Source: an uncultured Gammaproteobacteria bacterium (GTDB taxonomy: Bacteria; Patescibacteriota; Microgenomatia; Levybacterales; GWA1-39-11). Taken from it: 64,000 bases of DNA. The stretch's first letter is position 1; the number at the start of each line of letters is the position of its first letter. The notes below the pieces were generated by a model. That model searched no databases. It was not told the origin of the DNA and saw nothing but the letters and a program-made list of their open reading frames with translations. A program made the position numbers and the translations under genes. The stretch lies in NCBI GenBank assembly GCA_964394645.1, contig CAYMYC010000001.1, positions 274,052-338,051 on the forward strand, read 5' to 3'. Below are positions 46,943 through 56,955 of this stretch, piece by piece.

Positions 46943-48073
46943 ATGAGGAATACAAGAACCCTTTTTTTCCTACTGCTGGTAATTATTTTTTTAGGAAATC
47001 TCTTCTTCCGAGTTTTCTCATACCAAAAAGAATACGCAAAACATTTTGATTCTGAATATTGGAAAGATAGATATTTCGCTTCACAATGGGTTGTTTCAAA
47101 CTCTAAGAACCCGATTGGAGATGACGGGCTCTATGCGTATGTTGGGTGGGAGTATATCCACGGAGCAAATCCGACATTATTAAATGCGGAAATACCGCCG
47201 TTAGGTAAATATATTATAGGAGCAGGGGAGGTATCATTTGGAAATCAAAATATAGCGATCTTAATAATCGGTTTACTTTGTCTTCTTGTTTTTTATCTGG
47301 TAAACCTGCGTCTATTTCAGGATAAGCTGATTGCTTTTATCCCTGTATTAATTTTTTCCTTGGACCCAATCTTCTACATGCAGTTGAGGGCGCCATACCT
47401 TGATACCATATATCTACTTTTTTTGTTTTTAACCATCCTTTTTACCCTACAAAAAAAATATTTGCTTACCGCTTTCTTTTTGGGATGCTTTGCTTCTGTA
47501 AAGTTTCCCGCAGCGTCAGTTTTTTTGGTGGCACCTGTTATGTTATGGGTAGTAATTTGGGATCAGAAACATATAAAAAGATTTCTTATGAATTTACTCT
47601 TATGGCCGGCAGTGTTTATTTTATCTTATCTCCAATTTTTCTTACTTGGGGGAACATTACATGCATTCTTAGGTGTTCAGAAATGGATAATTTCTTTTTA
47701 TAGTGTGGGGGTAAAGGCATCATATGGGATCGTTTACCCCATGATTTTATTTAACTCATGGAACACCTGGTTTTCAGGAGTTCAGAAAGTATTAGAATGG
47801 ACTTTTTTTTGGCCGACCAGCTTTATTGGTTTTATTTTTTCAGCGTTTCCACTAGGAAAAATCTCGTACGAGTGCGTGTTTTTACACAAGAAAAAAGAAG
47901 TAGTTGAGGCAGACGTAAATATGGTGCTTATTTTGTTTTGGACATTATCATATATGGTATTTTTGACATTTACTCCAGTTTTCCCACGATATCTGTTGCT
48001 TTTGCTTCCATTTATGTATAATCTAACAATATGGTTTTTGGTAAGATACGTATTTCGACAATCCTCATCATAG
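46943..48073 (+). CDS. polytopic membrane protein
   Basis: Multiple TM helices; 2 nt after the previous gene. Confidence 0.4.
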   Translation: MRNTRTLFFLLLVIIFLGNLFFRVFSYQKEYAKHFDSEYWKDRYFASQWVVSNSKNPIGDDGLYAYVGWEYIHGANPTLLNAEIPPLGKYIIGAGEVSFGNQNIAILIIGLLCLLVFYLVNLRLFQDKLIAFIPVLIFSLDPIFYMQLRAPYLDTIYLLFLFLTILFTLQKKYLLTAFFLGCFASVKFPAASVFLVAPVMLWVVIWDQKHIKRFLMNLLLWPAVFILSYLQFFLLGGTLHAFLGVQKWIISFYSVGVKASYGIVYPMILFNSWNTWFSGVQKVLEWTFFWPTSFIGFIFSAFPLGKISYECVFLHKKKEVVEADVNMVLILFWTLSYMVFLTFTPVFPRYLLLLLPFMYNLTIWFLVRYVFRQSSS

Positions 48074-49578
48074 TTCTTGTTGTTTGTCTCTACTTCGCAA
48101 CACGTTTAATAAATATTATGGGTCTTCCGCTTTTTACAGATGAGGCAATCTATGTTAGGTGGTCGCAAATAGCCCATCAAGATGCTGCGTGGAGGTTTAT
48201 TTCCTTAACTGATGGAAAACAACCGTTATTTATCTGGATTGCAATGAATATTATGCGTAGAATTGCTGACCCACTTCTTGCGACCAGACTTGTTTCAGTT
48301 TTTGCAGGCTTTGTAACCCTTATTGGTATTACTCTTTTAACGCTTGAGATTTTTAAGAAAAAGAGGAGTGGAGAGATCGTGAATCAAATATTTGGTCATC
48401 TTTTTGAGAATAAGCGAATAGGACTTATCGTGGCAGTTTTATATGTGTTGTACCCCTTTGCGCTTGTGTATGATAGGATGGCACTTTACGATTCATTGGT
48501 CGCGTGTGTAATGGTATGGGCATTGTATATTGAGGTGCTCCTTGTCCGTTATATAAGGCTTGATTTGGCTATGATACTAGGAGTGGTTATGGGAAGTGCA
48601 GTCTTGACAAAAACCTCTGGCTTTTTTTCAATATATCTTCTTCCTTTCTCGCTTCTTATTTTTGATTTTAAAAAAATTGGATGGAGAAAAAAAATAATAG
48701 AATGGATTGCTCTTGCAGCTGTTGCAACCGCAGTTGCATACCTTATATATATGGTGCTTCGGCTTTCCCCATTTTTCTATATAGTTGACGAAAAGAATGC
48801 ATTATTTGTATACCCGTTTGCTGAGTGGATAAAACATCCCTTCACATATGCTATTGGTAATTTTAAGGGATTGACAGATTGGCTACTTGCCTACATATCA
48901 CTTCCAATATTATTTCTTTTTCTTTTATCTTTTTTCTTGGGGAAGAAGTATTTTATGGAAAAATTACTTCTGCTCGCCTGGTTTGCAGCTCCATTTATAG
49001 CACTTGGTGTTTTTGGCAAGCTTGTGTATCCAAGATTTATTTTATTTATGACAATGCCTATACTTGTTTTATCGGCATATTCAATAAATTTTTTATTTGA
49101 AAAAATAAAAAATAAACTATTCTTTTTTGCATTTTTCATAGCTGTAGTCTCCTTTTTTATCTACTCAGACTATTTTATTATTACAGACCTGTCTCGTGCT
49201 CCGATTGCAAACCCTGATCTTGGGCAGTATATTAATTCGTGGCCAGCCGGGGGAGGAGTAAGGGAGATGGTTTCTTTTTTTGACCAGGAATCAAAGAAGG
49301 GAAAAATCTATGTTGCGACCCAGGGAACATTTGGAAGCTTGCCAACCTATGCGCTTGAAATTTATCTAAATGAAAATAAAAATATTGAAAAGAGGGGAAT
49401 ATACCCTCTTCCCTCAGATATACCTAGCGACTTGAGAAGTAAAGCATTAAAAATGAACGTATATATTGTATTTAATGATTCAGAGGAAGCGCCTTCTTCG
49501 TGGCCACTCACACTTGTAGCTAAATATCAAAAAGGAATTGGTGACAGACATTTAAGTATTTATAAAGTAAATCCGTGA
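48031..49578 (+). CDS. ArnT/PMT-family (GT39/GT83-like) GT-C glycosyltransferase
   Basis: First-loop motif LFTDEAIYVRW with a DE catalytic pair, then 10+ TM helices. Confidence 0.6.
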   Translation: MVFGKIRISTILIIVLVVCLYFATRLINIMGLPLFTDEAIYVRWSQIAHQDAAWRFISLTDGKQPLFIWIAMNIMRRIADPLLATRLVSVFAGFVTLIGITLLTLEIFKKKRSGEIVNQIFGHLFENKRIGLIVAVLYVLYPFALVYDRMALYDSLVACVMVWALYIEVLLVRYIRLDLAMILGVVMGSAVLTKTSGFFSIYLLPFSLLIFDFKKIGWRKKIIEWIALAAVATAVAYLIYMVLRLSPFFYIVDEKNALFVYPFAEWIKHPFTYAIGNFKGLTDWLLAYISLPILFLFLLSFFLGKKYFMEKLLLLAWFAAPFIALGVFGKLVYPRFILFMTMPILVLSAYSINFLFEKIKNKLFFFAFFIAVVSFFIYSDYFIITDLSRAPIANPDLGQYINSWPAGGGVREMVSFFDQESKKGKIYVATQGTFGSLPTYALEIYLNENKNIEKRGIYPLPSDIPSDLRSKALKMNVYIVFNDSEEAPSSWPLTLVAKYQKGIGDRHLSIYKVNP

Positions 49579-51938
49579 GTAAGATTATTAAGAAATTATT
49601 TATCCCGTGTGTTTTGATTCTTATACCTCTGCTGTTTTTTTACAAAACAGTTATATTTCAAAAAGTTCCTTTTCCAGGAGACTTACTAGTTGGAAATTAC
49701 GAACCATATAAGTCAAACCCTAGTATTGGAGTAGTCCCTCATAAGGGACAAGGTGCAGATGTTGTAAGGGAACTATATCCATGGAAATTTTATACGATTG
49801 ACAGTTTAAAAAGTGGTTTCTTTCCTTTTTGGAACCCATATACATTCTCAGGTAATCCCCACTTTGCCAATCTTCAGTCTGGGGTGTTATATCCTGTCAA
49901 TATTATATTTTTTATCTTTCCATATATTTCTGCGTGGTCCATATATATTATTTTACAATTTGTGTTTCTTATGTTCTTTACGTATTTATTTTTAAGACAG
50001 ATTAACTTATCAAAAGTTGCTAGTCTATTTGGGGCGATTGCCTTTTCCTTTTCAGGGTTTGTTACTGTTTGGGCTTGGTATGGAAATCTTGGTCATGCCT
50101 TAGCATTTCTTCCCCTTGTTTTTTATTTTATAGAAAAGATTTACAAACAGCCCAAATGGTATTTTTTCCCTCTTTTAATAATTGCGCTAGTATTTTCTAT
50201 TTTCGCAGGATACATACAGTATGTTATGTATATATATTTACTTTCGCTTGCATACATATTTTCGCGATTCGTAACACAAAAGAAAAAAAACATAAAACTT
50301 TTACTACTGCTTATATCTTGTTTTCTATTGGCCGGTCTACTTGCTGCGGTGCAACTTCTTCCAGTATTTGAGTTGGTAAGTAACTCACTTCGGTCAACAT
50401 ATTCTTATCAAGTCCTTCTTGAGAGATTAATGCCCCCAGAGAGTATGGTTACGTTACTTGTGCCAGACTTTTTTGGAAATCCTGCTACTATGAATTATTT
50501 TCTTCGTGGTGGGTCAAGTCTTGAGCGGGCAAGCTCCATTGGGGTTTGGCCACTTATCTTTGTAGTAGTTGCGCTGTTTAGCAAGAAAACATTTTTTAGA
50601 AATTATTTTACAGTATCTTCACTTGTGATTTACATATCAGTTTTATCAATTTTTCCGATAGCATATTTTCACAGCATAGGGATTCCCTTTTTATCTACAG
50701 GAATACCAACAAGGGCATTATCTATTTTTTGTTTTTGCATGGCAGTTTTAAGCGCAATAGGATTGAATGCTTTCATAAAAGATGAAATAAGTAAAAAAAC
50801 TTTCGTTAAAATACTCATATTCTTTATGGTTGTCTTTGCCGGATTATGGATTGTTGCATTTGTTAATTCCGATCCACATATGCTTATCTCAAGGCGGAAT
50901 TTAATTCTTCCTACTTTTATATTTACAATAGGATCTATCACATTTTTACTAAAAATCAAAAAAAATAAACTTGCAGTATTGCTTATCTTATTAACACTTG
51001 CAGAACTGTTTTATTATTTTCAAAAATTTAATTCATTTGTCCCCGCATCATACATGTATCCATCTTCAGAAATAACTGAGAAATTAAGGTCTATACAGGG
51101 TCTAGATAGATTTTGGGGGTATGGAAATGCAAATATTGACTCAAACTTTCAACTTATTGAGAAAAACTATACAACAGCAGGGTATGATGCAATTTTTAGC
51201 AAGAGATATGGTGAGTTTACCGCTGCATCAAGTGAGGGGAAGATTCCACTGGAGGTTCCGCGTTCCGTAGCAGATATTATTGGAGGTTACGGAGTTAATG
51301 ACTTGAAGCAAAACCCATACAGGAAACGAGCATTAGACATAACAGGTGTAAAGTACATACTAAACAAAAAGGGAGATAAAGGCTTAGATAGTGCTTTTGA
51401 CACAGAAAAGTATGATCTGATCTGGGAAAATGGCGGGTGGCAGATATATCTTAATAAAGACGCAGTGCCCCGGGTGAATTTAGTTGGTGATTATAAGGCA
51501 ATAGAGAATAAAGATGAAATAATAAAAAATTTATATAATCTGAAGTTAAATCCTAAGGAAACTGTTATTTTAGAAGAAAAGCTAAATGGAAAAAATATAA
51601 AAAAAGATTCTGCTGCAAAAGTTACTATTAAAAAATATCACCCGAATTTTATGTCAGTTAATACTGAATCTAAGAATGATCAAATACTGTTTATTTCTGA
51701 TAATTATTTCCCTGGATGGCATGCATTAGTGGATGGTGTAGAGCAACCTATTTTAAGAGCAAATTATACTTTCAGGGCAGTTCCGTTAGAAGCAGGAAAG
51801 CACTCAGTCTATATATATTACTTTCCTGACTCATTCAAATTGGGTCTTATTATAAGTATTTCTTCGTTTCTGTGTTTGATATTAGGATGCCTCTTTGTTA
51901 CGATAACTAAGCGAAGCGGTAGAGTAAAGAAAAAATGA
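49575..51938 (+). CDS. YfhO-family GT-C membrane glycosyltransferase
   Basis: About 13 TM helices plus the characteristic C-terminal FPGWHALVDGVEQPILRANYTFRAV ... beta-sandwich domain; 787 aa. Confidence 0.55.
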   Translation: MSKIIKKLFIPCVLILIPLLFFYKTVIFQKVPFPGDLLVGNYEPYKSNPSIGVVPHKGQGADVVRELYPWKFYTIDSLKSGFFPFWNPYTFSGNPHFANLQSGVLYPVNIIFFIFPYISAWSIYIILQFVFLMFFTYLFLRQINLSKVASLFGAIAFSFSGFVTVWAWYGNLGHALAFLPLVFYFIEKIYKQPKWYFFPLLIIALVFSIFAGYIQYVMYIYLLSLAYIFSRFVTQKKKNIKLLLLLISCFLLAGLLAAVQLLPVFELVSNSLRSTYSYQVLLERLMPPESMVTLLVPDFFGNPATMNYFLRGGSSLERASSIGVWPLIFVVVALFSKKTFFRNYFTVSSLVIYISVLSIFPIAYFHSIGIPFLSTGIPTRALSIFCFCMAVLSAIGLNAFIKDEISKKTFVKILIFFMVVFAGLWIVAFVNSDPHMLISRRNLILPTFIFTIGSITFLLKIKKNKLAVLLILLTLAELFYYFQKFNSFVPASYMYPSSEITEKLRSIQGLDRFWGYGNANIDSNFQLIEKNYTTAGYDAIFSKRYGEFTAASSEGKIPLEVPRSVADIIGGYGVNDLKQNPYRKRALDITGVKYILNKKGDKGLDSAFDTEKYDLIWENGGWQIYLNKDAVPRVNLVGDYKAIENKDEIIKNLYNLKLNPKETVILEEKLNGKNIKKDSAAKVTIKKYHPNFMSVNTESKNDQILFISDNYFPGWHALVDGVEQPILRANYTFRAVPLEAGKHSVYIYYFPDSFKLGLIISISSFLCLILGCLFVTITKRSGRVKKK

Positions 51939-53611
51939 AGATGTTTAAAAAAAATTGGATAACATTTAGTATTCTTGTCGGAATATTTTTATGTGCACTT
52001 TTAATAAGATTAGTAAATCTTTCAGAATTTCCAGTTGGATTTCAAATAGATGAAGCGTCGCTTGGGTATAATTCATATTCTCTTTTAATGACAGGAAGAT
52101 CTGAGAGTGGAGATTTTCTCCCTTTATATGTTGATACTTTTGGCGACTACAATCCGATAGGTTATGACTATCTTGCAATTCCTTCAATTGCAATTTTTGG
52201 ATTGAATGAATTTTCTACAAGACTTCCTGCGGCGATATTTGGTTCAATCTCTATTTTCTCAATTTACTATTTATCCTATGTTCTATTTAAGAATAAAAAA
52301 ATAAGTGTATTGTCTGCATTTTTAATTGCTGTGTCACCCTGGCATATCGGGTTATCCAGAGGCAGCGCTGAAACATTAGTAGCATTATTCTTTGTCATAA
52401 CAGGTTTTGCTTTTGTTTTTTCATTTTTTAATAAATATAAAAAAAGCAGCTTGATAATAGGAGTAATTTTTCTTATAGTCAGTTTTTTGATGTACCCGGC
52501 ACCAAGAATTTTTGTTCCAACCATGTTTATTGCTGTATTGGTGTATTACTTTAACGTATGGTATTTGAAGAAAAAATATGTTGTTAGCTTAATTTTAGGT
52601 TTTTTAATTTTAATTATTACTCTCTTTGTTTTAATATTCTCTGTTCCTGGAGGAACTTCGCGTTTTCAACAAACAAGTATATTTAACTTTCCAGAAACAA
52701 GATTAGTACTTGAGGAGCAAATTCGTGAAGATGGTGTAAATGGAACTAATAATATTCTTACAAGAGGATATCACAATAAGATTATTAATTTTTCACTTAC
52801 ATTTGTATCAAATTACATGGAGTATTTTAACGGCTCATATCTTTTTATTAAAGGAGGTCTGCCACTGTTATTTACTGTTCCAGGTATGGGTCTTGTATAT
52901 ATAGTAGAGCTTCCATTTATATTAATGGGTATTTATGTACTTATAAAAGCTAAAGATAAGAATAGTAAGATACCATTAATATGGTTGGTTATCGCGCCAA
53001 TTGTTGCAGCTGTAACAGTTGATGATACTCCGAACGTGAGAAGATCCTTATTAATGGTTCCTGCAATTGAAATTATAGCATCAGTCGGGATAATATCTTT
53101 TTTTAATTATTTCAGAAATCGTAATTTTAAAGTTAATACTATCAATATTAAGCATATTATTATAGGAATTGTTGTGTTGTTTTTTATAGGAAATATAATG
53201 TATTTTTTACATCAATATTTTGTTCACGCCAAGCACCATAGAACCTGGTATAGAAATAATGGATTTTCTGAGCTGATGAGTGTAGTAAATATGAATTATG
53301 AACATTACAATAGGATAGTAGCTACGAAATCAGGCGGAGGCTATCCCTTATTTTTATTTTTTTCCAAATATGATCCTAAGGTGTATCAAAATGAAGGCTC
53401 ACCGAAGGATGAGGACAATAGAGGATTTGGTAAATACATTTTTGTTCCCAGTGAATGTCCGTCGATTGACGCAGACACAAGTTTGGCAACTGAAACAAAA
53501 ACATTATACATAGATCGTGGTACCTGTAGTAGACCATCTTCAAAATTAGGTAGAAAATTTAAAGAAATATATAGGGAGGATGGTTCTTTAGGTTTTAGGA
53601 TCATATATTAA
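51935..53611 (+). CDS. ArnT/PMT-family GT-C glycosyltransferase (paralog 1)
   Basis: GFQIDEASLGYNSY ... DF first-loop DE motif and TM bundle. Confidence 0.6.
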   Translation: MKMFKKNWITFSILVGIFLCALLIRLVNLSEFPVGFQIDEASLGYNSYSLLMTGRSESGDFLPLYVDTFGDYNPIGYDYLAIPSIAIFGLNEFSTRLPAAIFGSISIFSIYYLSYVLFKNKKISVLSAFLIAVSPWHIGLSRGSAETLVALFFVITGFAFVFSFFNKYKKSSLIIGVIFLIVSFLMYPAPRIFVPTMFIAVLVYYFNVWYLKKKYVVSLILGFLILIITLFVLIFSVPGGTSRFQQTSIFNFPETRLVLEEQIREDGVNGTNNILTRGYHNKIINFSLTFVSNYMEYFNGSYLFIKGGLPLLFTVPGMGLVYIVELPFILMGIYVLIKAKDKNSKIPLIWLVIAPIVAAVTVDDTPNVRRSLLMVPAIEIIASVGIISFFNYFRNRNFKVNTINIKHIIIGIVVLFFIGNIMYFLHQYFVHAKHHRTWYRNNGFSELMSVVNMNYEHYNRIVATKSGGGYPLFLFFSKYDPKVYQNEGSPKDEDNRGFGKYIFVPSECPSIDADTSLATETKTLYIDRGTCSRPSSKLGRKFKEIYREDGSLGFRIIY

Positions 53612-53620
53612 TATTCATAC

Positions 53621-55321
53621 ATGCACATGCACACATTTATAAATAAACATCGGTATATCTTGCTTGTACTAATTTTTATTGTAGGGCTATTTCTTCGTTT
53701 TTTTCTTCTCGGAGGTAATCCCCCTAGTTTAAACTGGGATGAGGCATCAACGGGATATAATGCATTTTCAATTTTAAAAACAGGGAAAGATGAGTATGGA
53801 AATTTTCTTCCATTATCAATCCGCTCATTTGATGATTATAAGCCACCCCTTTATACATACTTGGACGTACCGTTTGTGGGGATATTCGGATTAACTGACT
53901 TTGCAGTAAGGCTCCCCTCCGCCATATTAGGAACTTTAACAATACTTGTAATCTATTTTCTAGTATTAGAATTTTTCCCAAAGATAGGACAGAAACAGGA
54001 AGTATTTTCTGAAAATCGTTTTCAACAAGAAATAGCTCTGCTATCTGCATTTTTTTTTGCTATCAGTCCATGGAGCTTACAATTTTCCCGCGCAGCATAT
54101 GAAGGAAATATTGGATTATTTTTCTTGCTTTCAGGTGTGTTATTTTTTCTAAAATCTGAAAATAAGCATTTATATTTACTTTTTTCATCTGCCTCTTTTA
54201 TCTGTGCATTATATTCGTATCACAGTTTCAGATTAGTGGTTCCATTATTAATTTTAGTAATGGTTGCTCTTTTTTACCCATACCTTTTAAAAGCAAAAAA
54301 AACCGCTATTGTTTCGTTAGTAATTCTTATACTGTTTGCAGCTCCAATTTATTCAAGTTTTCTCGCATCAGGAAGCGGAACTGGTAGTAGGCTATCAATG
54401 GTAACCATTTTTGGCTCGTCTGATAATCTGGACGCATCAATTCGCGAACTTGAATATGATAAGGATCACGGGGATTTTATTGGCGAAGTATTTCATAACA
54501 GACGGGTAGTATACTTTTTATCTGCAACAAAAGGATATTTAGATCATTATAATCCTGATTTTTTATTTTTGAATGGGGATGGGGGTAGACAACACCATGC
54601 GGTTAAATTTGGAATGATGTATCTTTTTGATCTTCTCTTAATCATAATGGGCATTGTAGTTCTTACAAGAAGAATTACAAGAAAAAAAATTTTACTTTGT
54701 ATCATGCTAGTACTTGCTCCTTTGCCGTCAGCAATTACCACCGGGACTCCTCATCCGGTTCGTGCCATTGCAATGCTGCCGGAGCTTTTAATACTTGCAG
54801 GCGTTGGCGCAGCATTTCTTATATTTGAAATATCAAGGATTCAATACAAGATATTAGGTTTGAAGTTGATGTATTTGGTATTCTCATTTCTTTTAATATT
54901 ATTTTCTGTTAATGTAGCGTACTATTTTCATCAATATTACATACATACACCAGTCGAGTATGGAGATTTTTGGCAATCTGGATATAAAGAAGTATTTGAA
55001 ATTGCATCAAAAAATGAACAAAGGTATAAAAAAATAATAATTACTTATAAATACGATCAGCCATATATATATTATCTTTATTACAATAAAATAGACCCAA
55101 TCTGGTATCACAAAAATTGGAACTTTACAAAAAATGGAGAAATGCCAAGATTTGAGCGTAGAATAGGACAATACATATTTAGAAATATTAATCTTGGTGA
55201 GGAGAGAAAAATAAATAACTCCTTGCTTTTTGGAACCCCTGATGAAATACCCTACAACGAGGCGTTTAAGGAAGTTAAATTTTTAAATGGTGAAACTGCA
55301 TTTAGAATTACAAAAACATGA
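53621..55321 (+). CDS. ArnT/PMT-family GT-C glycosyltransferase (paralog 2)
   Basis: LNWDEASTGYNAFS ... motif clearly paralogous to the 51935 gene. Confidence 0.6.
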   Translation: MHMHTFINKHRYILLVLIFIVGLFLRFFLLGGNPPSLNWDEASTGYNAFSILKTGKDEYGNFLPLSIRSFDDYKPPLYTYLDVPFVGIFGLTDFAVRLPSAILGTLTILVIYFLVLEFFPKIGQKQEVFSENRFQQEIALLSAFFFAISPWSLQFSRAAYEGNIGLFFLLSGVLFFLKSENKHLYLLFSSASFICALYSYHSFRLVVPLLILVMVALFYPYLLKAKKTAIVSLVILILFAAPIYSSFLASGSGTGSRLSMVTIFGSSDNLDASIRELEYDKDHGDFIGEVFHNRRVVYFLSATKGYLDHYNPDFLFLNGDGGRQHHAVKFGMMYLFDLLLIIMGIVVLTRRITRKKILLCIMLVLAPLPSAITTGTPHPVRAIAMLPELLILAGVGAAFLIFEISRIQYKILGLKLMYLVFSFLLILFSVNVAYYFHQYYIHTPVEYGDFWQSGYKEVFEIASKNEQRYKKIIITYKYDQPYIYYLYYNKIDPIWYHKNWNFTKNGEMPRFERRIGQYIFRNINLGEERKINNSLLFGTPDEIPYNEAFKEVKFLNGETAFRITKT

Positions 55322-56949
55322 AAAATTTTTTTATGCGACATGCAACGCTTCTTTTTATAATTTTAGGATTATTAATTTGTTTTTATCTTACGCTTCCGTA
55401 TTTTCATGAGGGATATTTTCCCACACATGATGGAGAATGGGCAGTGGTAAGAGCTGGCGAAATGTTCAGAGAAATACGTGAATATCAGTTCCCTCCAAGA
55501 TATAGCGGTGTTTTGAATTTCGGATATGGATACCCACTCTTTAACTTTGCTTATCCCTTCCCATACTATATTTCAACGATCTTACATGCGGCACATTTTG
55601 GCTTTGTAGATAGTGTTAAAATAATTTTTGCTTCAAGTGTATTTATTTCTTTTCTCGGAATGTTTATGGTATCTCGTGCATTCTGGAAGAGTTCTGCTGC
55701 TGGTTTTTTAAGTGGAATTTTTTATCTCCTGCTTCCTTATCATTTAGTTGATCTTTATGTGAGGGGTTCAATAGGTGAGTCGATTGCTTTTGCACTTTTC
55801 CCACTTATTTTGCTGACCTGCCTAGGAATCTTATACAAAAAACATATTAACTTATCATATCTTTTACTATGCCTTTTGTCAGGAGTATTAATATTAAACC
55901 ATAATATTTCAGCTGTGTATTTTGGAATAATATTTGTGTTCTATGTGGTAGCAATCTTTTTTGCTGGAAGACATAAGGAGGCGCTTCTAACTACTACTGG
56001 TTTTGTTTTGGGAGTTTTCATGTCAGCATTTTTCTTTGTGCCTGCTCTTTTAGAAAAGAAATATATTAAACTTTCAAAAATTCCGATTGCCGATAGGAAT
56101 TTATATTTTGTTACCTTGCAAAAGTTGATAGTTCCAGCGTGGGGATATGGAGCTCCTACTGATGCGAATCCGTTTACCTATCAAATAGGTATTCCCCAGC
56201 TCGTAGGTTTCATTTCTTCAATTTTTATTGTTAAAAAACTTAAATCAGTAGAGCAATTTATTACGTATTCATTTTTTATTCTTACTCTATTGTTTATTCT
56301 GATGATGTTTCCATTTATGTCTTTTATATGGAAGTTACCGCTTCTTTCAGAGATTAATTATCCCTGGACACTTCTGTTGCCGATAGGCTTTCTTGCGTCG
56401 TTTTTGTCAGGTTCTATTATTAGGATAAAATATAAAAAAATTATTGTTCCGTTTTTAATATTATTAGCAATTGTTTTATACGGTTTCTATGCAAGACCGC
56501 AGGAATACATAAATAAAGGGGATTTGTATTATCTTACCAATCATGCAACAACAACCTCATCAAACGAACTAATGCCCTTATGGGTGAAAGATGAGCCAAT
56601 AGATATGTTTAAGAAAAAAATTGAGGCGAAAGGTGAAATATCTTCACTTACATATAACTCCAGGTGGATTGAATTTATCATTTCGTCAAATATATCACAG
56701 AGAATAGTTATTAATCAGATATATTATCCTGGATGGAATGCAAAAATTAATGAACGTAGTGCAAGAATTTACTATAATAATAAAAGTGGCTTAATTAACC
56801 TTGAGATTCCTAAAGGGAAGAACAGGGTCAGGTTATCTTTTTCAGAAACACCTTTGAGAAGATGGATGAATATTCTATCTCTTGTCGCATTTTTACTCTT
56901 ATTTTTTGTGTTAATCATAGTGAAATTTAACAAGCACACTAAAAAGTAA
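55318..56949 (+). CDS. uncharacterised GT-C-like polytopic membrane protein, family member A
   Basis: Shares an N-terminal loop with the 56956 and 62742 genes (HEGYFPTHDGEW ... FPPRYS ... FGYGYPLFNFY ... DLYVRGSIGESIAF) and a C-terminal YPGW ... domain reminiscent of YfhO. Confidence 0.45.
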   Translation: MKNFFMRHATLLFIILGLLICFYLTLPYFHEGYFPTHDGEWAVVRAGEMFREIREYQFPPRYSGVLNFGYGYPLFNFAYPFPYYISTILHAAHFGFVDSVKIIFASSVFISFLGMFMVSRAFWKSSAAGFLSGIFYLLLPYHLVDLYVRGSIGESIAFALFPLILLTCLGILYKKHINLSYLLLCLLSGVLILNHNISAVYFGIIFVFYVVAIFFAGRHKEALLTTTGFVLGVFMSAFFFVPALLEKKYIKLSKIPIADRNLYFVTLQKLIVPAWGYGAPTDANPFTYQIGIPQLVGFISSIFIVKKLKSVEQFITYSFFILTLLFILMMFPFMSFIWKLPLLSEINYPWTLLLPIGFLASFLSGSIIRIKYKKIIVPFLILLAIVLYGFYARPQEYINKGDLYYLTNHATTTSSNELMPLWVKDEPIDMFKKKIEAKGEISSLTYNSRWIEFIISSNISQRIVINQIYYPGWNAKINERSARIYYNNKSGLINLEIPKGKNRVRLSFSETPLRRWMNILSLVAFLLLFFVLIIVKFNKHTKK

Positions 56950-56955
56950 AAACAT